Source of the DNA: Camelus dromedarius
Taxonomy: Eukaryota
Assembly (NCBI RefSeq): GCF_036321535.1
Contig: NC_087436.1
Coordinates: forward strand, 65,908,001-65,972,000
Length of the DNA: 64,000 bases
Reading direction: 5' to 3'
Made by a program: the position numbers and the translations under genes. Positions 39,035-51,750 of the stretch are shown here, piece by piece. How positions within the stretch are numbered: the first letter of the stretch is position 1; each line of letters starts with the position of its first letter. The notes under the pieces are model-generated. The model saw only the letters and a program-made list of their open reading frames with translations. It had not been told where the DNA came from and made no database searches.

Positions 39035-39854
39035 CTGAGATATAGACCAATGGAGCAGAACAGAGAATATATAAACAAACCCACACATATACAGTCAAAT
39101 GATCTTCAACAAGGGTGCTAAGAATATATAATGGGGGAAGGGTAGTCCCTTCAACAAATAGTGGGAAAATAAATATCCACAGGAAAAGGAATATAATTGG
39201 ACTCTTATTTCACATCATACACAAAAATCAAGACAAAATGGACTACAGACTTAAATGAAAGACCTTAATGTGCAAAACCCCTGGAAGAAAACCTAGGGCA
39301 AAAGCTTCTTGACGTTGATCTTGGCACTGACTTATTGGATATGTTACCAAAAGCACAAGTAACAAAAGCAAAAATAAACTGGTAGAAGTATATCAAACTT
39401 AAAAGCTTTTGCATGGCAAAGAAAACAATCAATAAAATGTAAATAAAGACAACCTATGGAATCAGAAAAAAAAATTTACAAACTATATCCGACAGAGGTT
39501 AATATTCAAAATGTTTTAAGAACTCTAACAACTCCATATCAAAAAATATGTAAATAAATTAAAAAACAAGCAAAAAACTTGAATAAAAATTACTCCAACG
39601 AAGACATACAGTCACTAGATATATGAAAAGGGGCTTGACATCACTAATCATCTGGGATATGCATATCAAACCCACAATGAGATGCCACCTCACACTGGTA
39701 AGAATGGCTATTTTTAAAAAAGGAGGTAAGTGTTGGCAAGGATATGTAGTAATCAAAACCCTGTATGCTGTTGTCTGGAATGCAAAATAGTTTAGCTGCT
39801 ATACGAAACAGTATGGAGATTCCTCAAAAAGGTAAAAATAGAACTACCACATGA
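39035..39854 (+). mobile_element. L1 ORF2 3' segment (inverted arm of the same insertion)
   Basis: tatagaccaatggagcagaacagag...cagtatggagattcctcaaaaaggtaaaaatagaactaccacatga. Confidence 0.9.
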
Positions 39855-41374
39855 GCATGCTATTTACCTGGGATGTGACCCAAATTTTCGTTCCTAATGG
39901 ATCTATTAGCAGTCCTGCCAGAATTAGGTTGTTGTGATTTTCCATTAACTTTAATCACAGAGTATGATAATATTAACAGACTCCCCAAGGAATCTCTCAT
40001 ATTACAGACATATTCTTGCACATTCATTGGGTAGTAGCAGGCCAATTTTCCCTTGGTAATAAAGATTAATCACACAGCCAGTACATTTTGTCTATTCTAA
40101 TTATGAACTCTAGAAGTGAAAAAATAACAACAGAGTATGTTTGTGGACCCATGAACTGATCTGATCTGAGTTAAAATTTTATTCATCATCTGCTCTCCAT
40201 AAGCTCCTAATTTGACTGGTGAACCACAGTGACAATTTCAGGCTCCTAGAATTACTGTTAGACCAAATAAATGTCCAGTATTCCTGACATTTTGTCATTT
40301 TCTTTCCCCAATGCATACTCTGTAAAAGTCTGTAGGTCCCTTTGGAGAAAGCTGGAAGAAAGATTAAAAATATAAATTTTGGCAGAGTAGTGGATTCCCT
40401 TCTGTAAGGACACACATTTTCCTCCAGAGGTTGTAGGTCTGTGAACTGGCTTAACACTGGGAATTCAGTGAGAGGCTGTGACTCTTCTTATAATTCAAAT
40501 TAGACTTGAGAATTCTGCTTATGCAGAGGAAGTAAGAATTTAGTAGCCTATCCATCTATTTCACTTTTAGAAACACTATGTCCAAACTAGCCAGCACCAG
40601 AAATCTCTGCAAGTCAGAATATTCTGATTACTGATTTGCTCTGTCATCCATTTCCATAACCACGCACATCTGCCTTTGGCAGTTAAGTGCAGCCACTTGG
40701 CTCCTGAAACCCTGGGATCTAATTATCCCCACTGCATTTAGATTTCCCAATTCAAGGACATCAGTGCAATTCTGATCTACAGAGGAGAGTGAGTAACAAA
40801 GTTATACAACTAAGAGCTCCTTTTAGTAAAAGATAATTTGAAAATTTAACAAGTATTCATTATGTTGTATTTTAAGGTTTTAAACAGAACACATCAAAAT
40901 GAAATTATATTTTATATGATATTCTGTATGATAATCAAAAATGTCTATAATAGTAACACTTAATATTTAAGTATTCTGTGTTTTTTTTTCTCTTTGAAAT
41001 TTTGGAATTTAAAGTTGGTTAGAACTGAATGCAACAATTTGGTGTCATTTACAATAATATTGCTATTTTAATGCAGAAGCCTAAAGTGACATTAAAGATG
41101 TGGAATTCATGTAAGCAGAAAACTAAAATTAGAATTTATTCTATTAATGAAATCTCTCTGTGTGATTCCATATTAATGTGGAAGAACTTACAAATATCAA
41201 TAGCAATTTAAAAATAGCAAAATGTTTTAAAGTAACAAAATCATTTAAAATTTTTCCTTAAAGATACTTTCATGGTTTTGAAAGTTTAAGAATATTTTAT
41301 TATTAAAGATTTAAATAATCAATATATAGCATATTGGTACCTATGTAAAATGTTCATAAATATGTATGCATGTA

Positions 41375-41450
41375 CATATATAATATGTATGTTATAGTTT
41401 TATATATTTTATATATATATATATATATTATATAAAATTATATATAAATT
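41375..41450. repeat. (TA)n / AT-rich low complexity
   Basis: Directly visible. Confidence 0.85.
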
Positions 41451-43520
41451 GCAGAATCCAGGAAGAAATCCTTTTTAATCTGGTTTCTTGGGATTTATGA
41501 ATGTTCTTCAGGAATTCTGATAAAATCTTTATACTTGTATACATATACTTCTGTGCAATGTTTTCCTTTGGAGAGAATAGTCTATTTCCTCAGTTTGCTA
41601 TATATCCATTACCAAATAAGGCTCAAAACCATTATTTGTAATAATAGAAATTCTAACTTTTCATACCTCATACTGGAAAACTGGAAAAATGAAATCAGTT
41701 TGGATTTGTCTTTATAACCTACTGCCATTAGGCACTTTTCTTTATTCTAATTTGTTTTTTGCCAAAAGAGCTTTGGGCTTGTTTGGGGTGTCATATTTAG
41801 TGTATGTATTTATCTGTACAGCTTTAAGCTGTGAAAACAAACAAAAGATCTGGAGTGTTAAAAGCCAGAGTCAGAAAGAATTTGGCACATCAAATGACTG
41901 TGGAACGTAGGACCCTGTCTCCTCCGAGTCTACATTTTTATAGCCTATAATTATCTCATATGGTTAGTAGGAACAGTTATATTTTGCTAGAATATCATTT
42001 TTTACAGCTGGAAAAAATAAAAACAATAAAAAATTATAGTATATTTAAAGTAGATATGTTTAATACTTGCAAACAAGTTGTAGTATTGATTAAAATCAAA
42101 CAAAATGTTTGTGCTTAAAATCATTATTTGAAACCATCTTAATTCTCATGCTATTGGCAGTAGAGCATGTTATTATCCTTACATGGGGCAGAGACCTTTT
42201 CAGTACTTATAAATTTAAGAGTGGTAATGCCAGAGTGATACTTCACAAAATGTGCTGCCTCAGGGGAGTCTGATCATATTTCATATTCAGTAACATTGAC
42301 TATTCTAATCACCAACACTTCCAAACCACTATCAAGATATTCTGTCATCCATTTCACTAGCAGTTTGTGCTTTTACTCCCTGTTCTTCACACTTTCATCT
42401 ACTCTTTCTCTGTCTCATTACAAATGGTAACAAATTTTAGCTTACTTACAAGTTTTATAAAAACCCACCTTCAATATCAATAATCTAAACAATTTTAGCT
42501 GAGATGGAGATCATTGGGATTTGAGCAACTTACCTTTATAGATGAGTTATAACATCACAATAATTTTCTTAAATATTTGCTTTTTTCACAACTAGGACTA
42601 TGTAGGTGCCTGTTCTGCTTTGCCTGATAAAATGGTGAATTTTTCTACATGCCATATTAGATGCATGGTACAATGAAATGATAGAAATGATAAACGTATC
42701 TGATAATAATGTTATAGAGAATGCTGCTCTAGGTTTGCTTTTCCCAAATATATGATAACCACAAACAAGATTTAGTTATAAATAATAATGTATTAGTACT
42801 CTCTTCTTCTGAGGATGATAAAATGTATGCAAATACTATCTCTTTTTCTATTTAATGTGAAGTAATTAAATCATTCTTATGTGTGAAAAGTATAAATATA
42901 TAAGGAGAAACTTTCCTTTAGATATCCCTTTTGCCATGTACCCAGAGTTTATACATGTAAGATTGTCACTCTCGTTAGGTTTGGACATGTTGTAATTACT
43001 ATTATTCTACTTTGACTCTGGATATTTAGAATTTAGATATATAGAATGTGTTTTTTTTAACTTGATGAGATTTACTATATAAAATTTAGGTCACCTTTCG
43101 TAAATAATCCATACGTATTTAATTAAAAAAAATTGTACTTTGCAGTTGTTAGGTACAATGATACACAAGCATCAGTTGTAAGCTGTTTACTATGTGGTTA
43201 AAGTCTCTTATTATTTGCCAATTTGTAAGGGGAAGTATGTTGTATATGCATTTTATCTTTCAGTTCTTGTTAGTTTATTTAATATGCGACTTTAATAAAA
43301 AGTATTAGAGTAAGTAAAGATGGAAGCTAACTGTATTATATTGAGAAGGAAAGTAAGAAGAATTGAGGAAATTTAGATATTTAAGAAGAAAAAACAGTAA
43401 AGTAGCCTCCACTTATTTCTTTTTTCAGTTACAAATTTTGATTTTTTACCCTAAATTTTTAATGAAATTGCAAATATTCAACATATATTAGCTCTGTTAC
43501 AATTTTGTGTACCTCAAACG

Positions 43521-44013
43521 TGTGAACAAAAAATACTGCAAACCATATCAGTAAACAAAGAATGCTGAAACCAAGTCATCACCGGCTGCTGCCCCCCCCA
43601 CCACCGCCCACCACGCCCCGTGAAGACAAGCCTGCAGCCCAGCCTCTGCAGCCACTCACAATGGTGCACTCTGAGCGGACTCAGAACAATAAAGGACAAG
43701 ATAATGGCCCTGGGTAGATAGATGGCTGTCAAAGGAATGAATTCAATGAGCCCAAATGTTTGCTTCCTCCCATACAAAGAAAAGCACTAAATTCTTTAAC
43801 TTGAGATGCCTGGTTTTCTTTAGATAACAAGTAATCTTTTATTGTTCCAACTACCTTGACTTTGTTGTAAAGCTCTTGTATATCCTAGCCCCTCCCTACC
43901 TCTTCGGAGCAGTCCCTCAGAGCAATCTGAGAGGCTGTCACCCTGGCTGGAATCTTCCTGCCAAATAAAACATAACTCTCAACTTTTAGGCTGCACATTT
44001 ATTTCAGTTGGCA
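43521..44013 (+). mobile_element. ERV1-class solo LTR, 493 bp, perfect 4-bp TSD AACG
   Basis: TG..CA ends; AACG at 43517-43520 and 44014-44017; tgtatat TATA-like box and AATAAA near 43964. Confidence 0.9.
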
Positions 44014-45284
44014 AACGTAAACTCAAATGTACTGAAACAGAAATAGCTATATTTTGTATTGTTTCACTGAATACACCCAATGATAACAATTAGCTAATGA
44101 TATTAATTAATGGACTGCAAGTAATATATGAAGAAATTTTACAAAAGGATCACGCTCTTTACTTAAAGAAACTCAACCATGACTTAACTTTAAAACAGGC
44201 AACACTCTCATTCTTGAGCTTTTTTTTTTTTTTTTTACAATTACACATATAAATATTTATATGGTATTCTCCACAATAGGTGTAATCTTAGAGAACATAT
44301 ATTTATCAGAATATAACTGTTAGGTGAGTAAAGGTCATATAGTTATTGAAAGTGAAAAATCCATATGCTCCCAGAGGTGTTTGTGTTGCTGTGACCATTG
44401 TGTTTGAAACAATGAGTTTTTTTGGTTTGTATTATTACCACTTTTGGTAATATTTGTAAGTTATTTTTTAATTAAATATTTTTTCATAGAATCAAATTAA
44501 TCATTGGGCCACAGGAACATTTGATGATGTTAGTCTAAATAATAAAATACACACTTGACAATAAATATGAAAAGTAACAATTACACATATTCCTAGAATG
44601 GTTATTTGAAATGTTAGAGCTTTTGCTTTAATATTATAGATGAAGGATTAACAAAAATACAATCTCATACTGTTTTTCTCCTTTTTTGTTATGCTGCCAC
44701 TCTATTATCAATGTATATATGATACTTGTTTTATATAAGTTATCTCCTATCCTTACTCAAAATATTATTTGCCTCTTTAATTTTAATTTTAGCGTATTGA
44801 TCATTGCACAATATTGCAATATGATGACTTTTTCTAGCCCAAGAATAAAACTCAAATTTATCTGCAGATTAAAAAACAAGTAAGCAAACAAAACTTGGGC
44901 ATTTTTTTAATTGAAAATTAATGGTTAAATATCTCTAAAAATTGTCAAACTGATTTGAAAGATTTTTTTTTTTTTCAGTTAAGTTTTACAAAGTCAATGT
45001 TCTCAAGTTTTACAGTCTCCATAACAACTTTGAAAGAAATGTGCTGTAAGTATGGTCCATCTTTTAGGACACATTTAGAAACCTGAATTAATTGACTGAA
45101 ACAATAACTCAATATTTCCTTAAGTATCACAAATTTAATTGTATATGTTAGTTTCTGTTTTATATTTTGGGTTAGAGTGCCTTTTAAAAATATTATATAT
45201 ATGGAATTGTAATAAAAGGCTTTAATATAATTACCTCAATCCCTTATTAAGTCTGCATAATGTCTTTATTAAGAACATATATTT

Positions 45285-45510
45285 TTGAGTCCAATGGTCT
45301 GTTTCAAGCTGCAGCTTAGGTACTTACTAAGTGTGTGATATTAAGCACATTATCTTACCTCTCATGTGTGAGCTTTTGATCTGCAAAATAAGGTTATTCA
45401 GAATGTCAATGTGAACCGAAATATTTAACTCTTAGGGATTTGTGAGGCAATCCCTTGTAAATCACTTAGAACTAGTTTAGAGGTAACTTGTAAATCATCA
45501 GCACTTTATG
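45285..45510 (+). mobile_element. MIR SINE
   Basis: tacttactaagtgtgtgatattaagcacattatcttacctctc...atctgcaaaataagg...tagggatttgtgagg...gtaaatcacttagaac. Confidence 0.7.
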
Positions 45511-45844
45511 TGCTATCCCTAATCATACACTAGTTTTACTGTAAGTCCAGGGGCTTGGGCCTTCCTTTAGAGATATGCTGGGCATTAATTATCTACTTTC
45601 AAAATAAAATAATAAAAATAAAAGAGACAAAATACAAAACTGGTACTTTAATATAATATGTGAAATGAGACTCAGGAAATCTTTTTGCTTCTTTTTCTGA
45701 ATTGCAACAGTTTGAAATTGGCATTGTCACTAAAATTGTTATCTATCTGACTTGCTAAGGTATTCAAATGTAATTTCATTATAATTAGCATATTTCTAGA
45801 CTATTAGGAAGAAAAAGATCAATGTCTAGTTTCATTACTTCATG

Positions 45845-45912
45845 AACTTAATTAACAAACACTTAATATGAGCTTCCCATTTGCTAGGTAGTATGTTAAG
45901 TGCTAAAGATAC
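45845..45912 (-). mobile_element. L2 3' terminus, host of the LTR insertion
   Basis: attaacaaacacttaatatgagcttcccatttgctaggtagtatgttaagtgctaaagatac. Confidence 0.6.
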
Positions 45913-45914
45913 TA

Positions 45915-46544
45915 TGAGCCAGGATGGAAGGGGGCAGGGCAAAGCCATTCAAGGAAAGCCACAGCAATTAACATCAAAATGGTGAAAGATTCAACCCCCA
46001 GTAGGCCTTGAGGATCAGGATGATGAGAGATCTAACTTCTAGTAGATCTTGAGCTTCATTATATGCTCATTGTAATATATTAACATGGTGAATAACATGC
46101 CCACAGGCACCACGGCAATCCTAAGGCTAGCCACAAAAGGTCAAAGAGTGGGAAATGGCCAACTTCCTGGGAATCCCAGCCCCTTCCCCAGGCTGCTTAA
46201 CTGGTCCTTCCACTTATTAGCATATGAAGTCACCAAGCCCATAAAAACTAGCAACATGGCGCCTTAAGGTGGCCTCTCTCTCCCTCTTTAGAGATGGCCT
46301 GCACTCTGTCTATGGAGTGTGTACCTACTTTTAATCTGAGCACCCAACCCCCAAACCGCGTGGCCTTTCTCTTGCCTTTCAATGTATCTCTCTGAATAAA
46401 TCTACCTTCACTCAACTGTGGCTCGCTCTTGAATTCTTTCCTGCGTGAAGCCAAGGACCCACACTTGGCGGGGCACGTCCCAGGGGCTCAACCGAGACCT
46501 GGGACACAGCTCTCCTCATGCCCCACATCTGTTTTCCTGCATCA
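45915..46544 (+). mobile_element. ERV1-class solo LTR, 630 bp
   Basis: TG..CA ends (tgagccagg ... ttcctgcatca); TSD acta/actt; cataaaaa at ~46240; AATAAA at 46395-46400; gaattctttcctgcgtgaagccaaggac U5-like motif. Confidence 0.9.
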
Positions 46545-47159
46545 ACTTGACCCAAAGTGCAAAGAAATCTTTAAGAATAATAAAGGAAAAAAAGTAGTAC
46601 TTTTATGTATAACTACAGGTCTACTTACTTCTTTTGCCAAAATTGTGAATGATTTGGAAGTTTGGATGTTATTTCTCAGGCATGATAGGAATAACTTTTC
46701 CACTAAAGTCTCTCACCATTTGATATCTTTCTCTGAATACTCCTGAACATGTCTTCACATCCTCAGCAAAAACCAGAATCTACTTCTCTCTGCTTCACTG
46801 TGTTCCTATTTCTTACTTTTATCAGTGTGTATCACATTCTATCATTTTTTCATCACTTTTCATAGGTTATGAGCTCCTTGGCCCTAAAAAGTTTGCCTTT
46901 TAGTCTTTTAGATTCATTTCCACAGTATATCTGGATCATTGTGGGTAATCTGATGTGTATGTATGTGTGTGTAAGATCAATAGTTACCATATCCAACCAT
47001 AAAGTAATGCAGGAGACTGTTTTACCAAATATTGCTCTACTGCTTAAAATGTGATTTGATTTTCAATGTCCAACAGAGTTCTATGACACCACTCTCTAGG
47101 ACAACACATATTTTGGTGTTTCATAAGATCTGCACCTAATTTCTTGAACTCACTTTTAT

Positions 47160-47835
47160 GTCAATCAGCTTAGACTAAATCATAATACTCTAGGTTCCCA
47201 AAATATGAATGGTTTATAACAACACAGATTTATACCTCACATGTTTTTTTCTAATATCTTATTGAACACAGCTATTAATAAGCAAAAATACAATGAAAAT
47301 TCTTGCCCAAATTCTTCTCCAGAGGTATAGACTCAGTATGTTTGTGGTAACAATTACACTTAGAATCAATCTGTGTACCAATTAATTTTTTTGCCACCCT
47401 ATCACATAATTCTCTAGTTTTCTAGCTTTCAATATCACATTCCTTGCTGCTCACAATATCTGCTAAGTAACTGCCTAATGTTTTAGGATATTTTACATGG
47501 CAGAACACAAATTTTGGCACCAATGTTTGTTTAAAGTAGTGATAGCTTCTGTATAAAAAAAGCTCCAAAATATTTATTGATGTAACAAATCAGAAATATA
47601 TGCCTCTCACACATGTGGCATGGTGGGCACCCTTCCACATTTGATTTGGTAATAAGTCTCTTTCCATCTTGTTGCTCCACCATATTTGATCCATGGCTTC
47701 TAAAACTGCCAGGGAAGGGAAAAGTACTCCCACTTTTAAATTACGATATCCAATAAATGACACCAATTTACTAACATTCCATTGCTGAGATTTAATCACA
47801 TGCCCCACCTATTGCAAAGGTGACAGACCAATTTT
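47160..47835 (-). mobile_element. Old MaLR (MLT1J-like) LTR with short internal stub
   Basis: PBS-like ttttggcacca (~47512-47522) beside LTR sequence cattccattgctgagatttaatcacatgccccacctattgcaaagg; second LTR piece at ~47160-47245. Confidence 0.6.
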
Positions 47836-48294
47836 TTTTTTTTTTTTTTGCTGTTTGATGATAAATCTATATTAAGGGAAAAAATAGGTTTTTCTGAATC
47901 TATGATGAGTGGACAGTATCTGTCTCTGACATACAAAAGAAAAAGTACGATTAATCTACTGGTATTTATATTTATATTTATATTACTGACTGATTCAATT
48001 CCATTTCAAGGTAATACAAATTCATTTAGAGTTTCCTACATCCAGGAATTTTTTTTTTTAATGGAAGATAATTAAGCCCATTTAAATGAGAAGAAAATTT
48101 TCCCTGAGATCAAAACTTCTTAAAACAATTGCAAAAAGTTCAAAACTAATCTCCATCAAAAATGCTAGACAATAGTAGTTAATGTTCACTTTACTGTCTA
48201 TCTGAAATAACATTCAGTAATAGGTTAAACATCAAGATAATTTAAAATTTGATATTTACCCATTAGCTCAGTGAAGTTTATTTATTTAAAAAGG

Positions 48295-48500
48295 TTTTAG
48301 AGCTTCCTCCATTATTGAGCACTTTAGCACCAATTATTCACAGACAGCTTTTGATAATAATTGTTTTCTGCCCCATATGGAAATTAGGAAATTCTGGCTT
48401 AGAGATTAAAGCAAGTTCACAGAATAATTCAGCTACTAAGTAGCAGAGCCTAAATTTTAATAAAAGTTTTTATAACATTAATGCATTATTTTCTTCACTA
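48295..48500 (-). mobile_element. MIR SINE
   Basis: ggaaattctggcttagagattaaagcaagttcacagaataattcagctactaagtagcagagcctaaattt. Confidence 0.6.
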
Positions 48501-49419
48501 TACCATGTTTCAGTATAAAATATACTTAACTAAATTACAATTGCATCAGACAGTATAATTTGGAAGTACAATAAATGTCCTCTATTAATAAATTCTATGT
48601 TAAAAGAGATAGTTACTCTTATAAAAATTTTTGAAAAATTGATTTTCATGCAACATTACTGTATACTTAATACTCTTTAAAAAGCAGTAAATTGTTCAGA
48701 TATTTCTGTCATATACATTAGCAATAATCAGGTACTTCTTATCACAAGGAATTATAAAGAAATACTAAAATAGCTCAAAGTCCTCTAAATTTCATGAGAC
48801 TTATCATTCTCCAATCTCTCATTGGTCATATATTTAAAATAGAACAATGAGAGTGAAGTAAGATTCATTAGCTTCAGGAAGGTAGAGAATTATTATGTTC
48901 TATCTGAGTTCTTTGTTGCACTACACATACTTACTGACATAAGATGGACAGAATTACTTTATTAAATATGAACAGAGCAAGTGAAGCAAATTAAGTATTG
49001 CATGCAGAAACAAAAGTCTTGATTCACAATATAAATGGGGTTTTAACTAGACAAGTGAAACTTGGAAATGTGAAACTGCATGTGACTAAAATTTTCTATA
49101 AAAGGTCTTTCATGTTTTATTCCTTCCCTAAATTGAAAATAGACTTTTGCTCTGGAGCATCATTAAAAAGAAACTAAAATCTTTTAAACCAGTACTTACA
49201 CTCCTCCAAAGGTTTTTATGGTTTGGTGATTGTAAAATATGCATTAAACCATTAAATCAGGTTAGAAGCTAACATGCATACTCATCTTGACAATTTAACA
49301 CACATTTACTTGAGAACACTTATCTTTAAATCATAAGGATATCACTATTGCTCATTCTAAGTCTTATATTTGCATTGTCCTGCCCTTCTAAAATTTCCAA
49401 CTCTTATTATTATCTCTAT

Positions 49420-49800
49420 TTTCATAATTTTTATTCACTCTTTCATGGTTAAATTAATCTACATTCATGCCGTCAACTGGGATGATTTTACGCATATGAA
49501 TTACATATTTCTTCAACCTAGAGTTTGTTCATGTCCTCAGATTTATATCTCCAACAGCTTCCGATACAATTTCTGTTCTGATATTCTATAAGCTCCACAG
49601 ACTCAATGTGTCAAAAATTTAACTCAACTTTCTCCCTCAAATCCCCTCTTTCCCCAGAATCCCTACTGTCTGTGAATGGAGTACTTCAAATCTGAAATTA
49701 GTATTATTTCTCAATTTATTTTTAGCACCCCTTTTATTCAACCTGAATTCAGGTTTTATTGAATATTACTGTTGAATTTTTTGTCTTAATATTTTAATCC
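49420..49800 (+). mobile_element. L2 fragment
   Basis: ctcagatttatatctccaacagcttcc...ccacagactcaatgtgtcaaaaatttaactc. Confidence 0.7.
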
Positions 49801-49809
49801 TTTTTTTTT

Positions 49810-50400
49810 TCTGGTTCTCAGAACCAAATGGCATTTATCATAGACCTCTGCACTCCTCAAATATGTACAAGATCAATCAAATCCAAGAATCTCATCTTGA
49901 AAGTTTGTTTCCTGGGACCATTTCCAGTACCAATTACTCAATCAATTAGAGGACTGCAATGAAACACACTGCATATTCAAAGTGAGTGATTTTACAAGAT
50001 TTTAATAATGAGACCATTCACAAAAGTGTAGATGTACAAAGACAAACAAAAAAATAAATAGCAGAGTCACCCCAAAGCCAGAAATAGCAGATGCTACTAC
50101 TCCTTCCGTGCCTGAGAAGAAGAGTGGAGTAAGAGAAAATCAGAACCTAAACAATGAGAGAATTTTGTGTTAAAGTTTTCCTGACAAGAGCTGTGACTTA
50201 TAATTGAAGGATGTAGCCAAGTCATTTAGCCTCCCCAGAAAGAAAATGTAAGGAATAGACACTTCTGCTTTGGCTTCCATTGGCTGAAGGAGAAACTATC
50301 AAAGAAAGAAACCCATTGATTCAAGTCAGATTCCCAGGCCACACAAAAGGATAAAGCGGGATGAAAAGTTATCTGAAGTCACAGATGAGTGACAATACAA
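49810..50400 (-). mobile_element. Ancient ERVL-class 5' LTR with PBS and leader stub
   Basis: PBS-like TGGTACTGGAAATGGTCC (49915-49932, minus) between leader-like sequence (aatctcatcttgaaagtttgtttcctgggacca) and LTR-like sequence. Confidence 0.6.
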
Positions 50401-50899
50401 TTTTTTTATTCCCACCGGAGAGAGACTTCTTCATGCTTTCCAGTAGGATTTCAATTATTGGCATACCAGACTTTATTTCTTCCCCTTATAAAAAAGGGAA
50501 ACTCGTTGTTTTCCCATTATTTGCTGCTTCACCATTGTATAATATCTGTTACTAAAGGTGGGGACAAATAACCTGTTTTAATTCTTAGTTTGTCAAAGTA
50601 CAAAAAGCCAATTGTAGAGTAATGGAAAAGACAGACTACCACTAAGAATTCTTGGATGCTGACTGACTTTGGGTTATCTCCTTTGGGAATAGAATAACAG
50701 GATTATATCTTTGAAAATAAGACTGATATGGTTTCACTTTGCTTTAATTTTTATTACTAATAATGATATTGATATATTAATTTATGTTTTAAAGAGTTTC
50801 TGAGATCAGGCTTCTAATTTAAACTAGCAATTCTTAAAATTAGTTCTTAATATGTTATAAAGTAAGTGACTTCAAATAAGAGAAGAAACATAATTTAGT

Positions 50900-51750
50900 G
50901 AGTGGTTTGAGGAGAACTGCAAGGCTATTTGAAAAAACAAAAAATAATCTACACTTGACCATACAATAAAACACATGTACAGAAAGATTTAAAAGCTAAA
51001 TATTTAAATAAATTTATAGAAAGCTAGAAGAAAATGGGTATTATATCTGTGTGGAGGTAATAGGTATTATACAAGTATATATTTTTTCTATAAAAATTGA
51101 AAGCAAAAAATCTATTTATAAAATAATTGGCTAAAATATGAACCACATAGATATAATTATCTTTTAAAAGAATGTGTTTAGATGTATCTAATAGATAAAC
51201 TGCAAAACAATATGACAAAATTTTAACATAGGTGGGAATGCAAATTTTAAACTAATTCATGACAACTGATGTTTTGGCTTACAATGGCAAACAAAAAGAG
51301 TATATATATGAGAATTTCCTAAAACCAACAAATCTTTTTTTCATAACCCTCACTGTTGATAAGATTATGGAAATTTGACAATTCATATACTCCTAGCAGC
51401 AATGTAAATCACTACTTTACTCCTTTGATCAATCAGTGTGTCAAATGACTCAAAAGTCACGAAAATGCTCATATTTTTCCAACCTACAATTCAAAGAGGT
51501 AAGAATTCATTCTAGCAAAACAATTTACCAGAGGGAAAGATATTCACAAGACAGTTCATCATATGATAACATAATATTGAGAATAATCTAAATGCTGGAC
51601 AAGAAAATGATGGTTTTTACTATCACTACAATGAAACATCTTTTTATTCAAAATATAATTATAAAGATGATATATGTAACATGGAATATGCTATAATATG
51701 CTAATTATAATTGTTTATATCATATTGATTAATTAAGTTATAAAACTGAA
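50900..51750 (+). mobile_element. Very old L1ME-type ORF2/3' fragment
   Basis: aagatttaaaagctaaatat...gaaagctagaagaaaatggg...attcatatactcctagcagcaatgtaaatc. Confidence 0.55.

Larger units (their letters stand above)
38014..40785 (-). mobile_element. ERVL internal relic (gag end, protease, dUTPase end, 3' region), interrupted by L1
   Basis: ORF 39860-40045 EYVCNMRDSLGSLLILSYSVIKVNGKSQQPNSGRTAN matches recalled ERVL EYVWNTGDPLGCLLVLPCPVIKVNGKLQQPNPGRTTN; protease-region remnants at 40090-40330. Confidence 0.85.

Noticed and set aside
7610..50400. LTR at 7.6 kb and PBS-linked LTR at 50 kb as two ends of one provirus
   Set aside because: About 40 kb apart with older L2/MIR elements between them; similarity limited to short motifs
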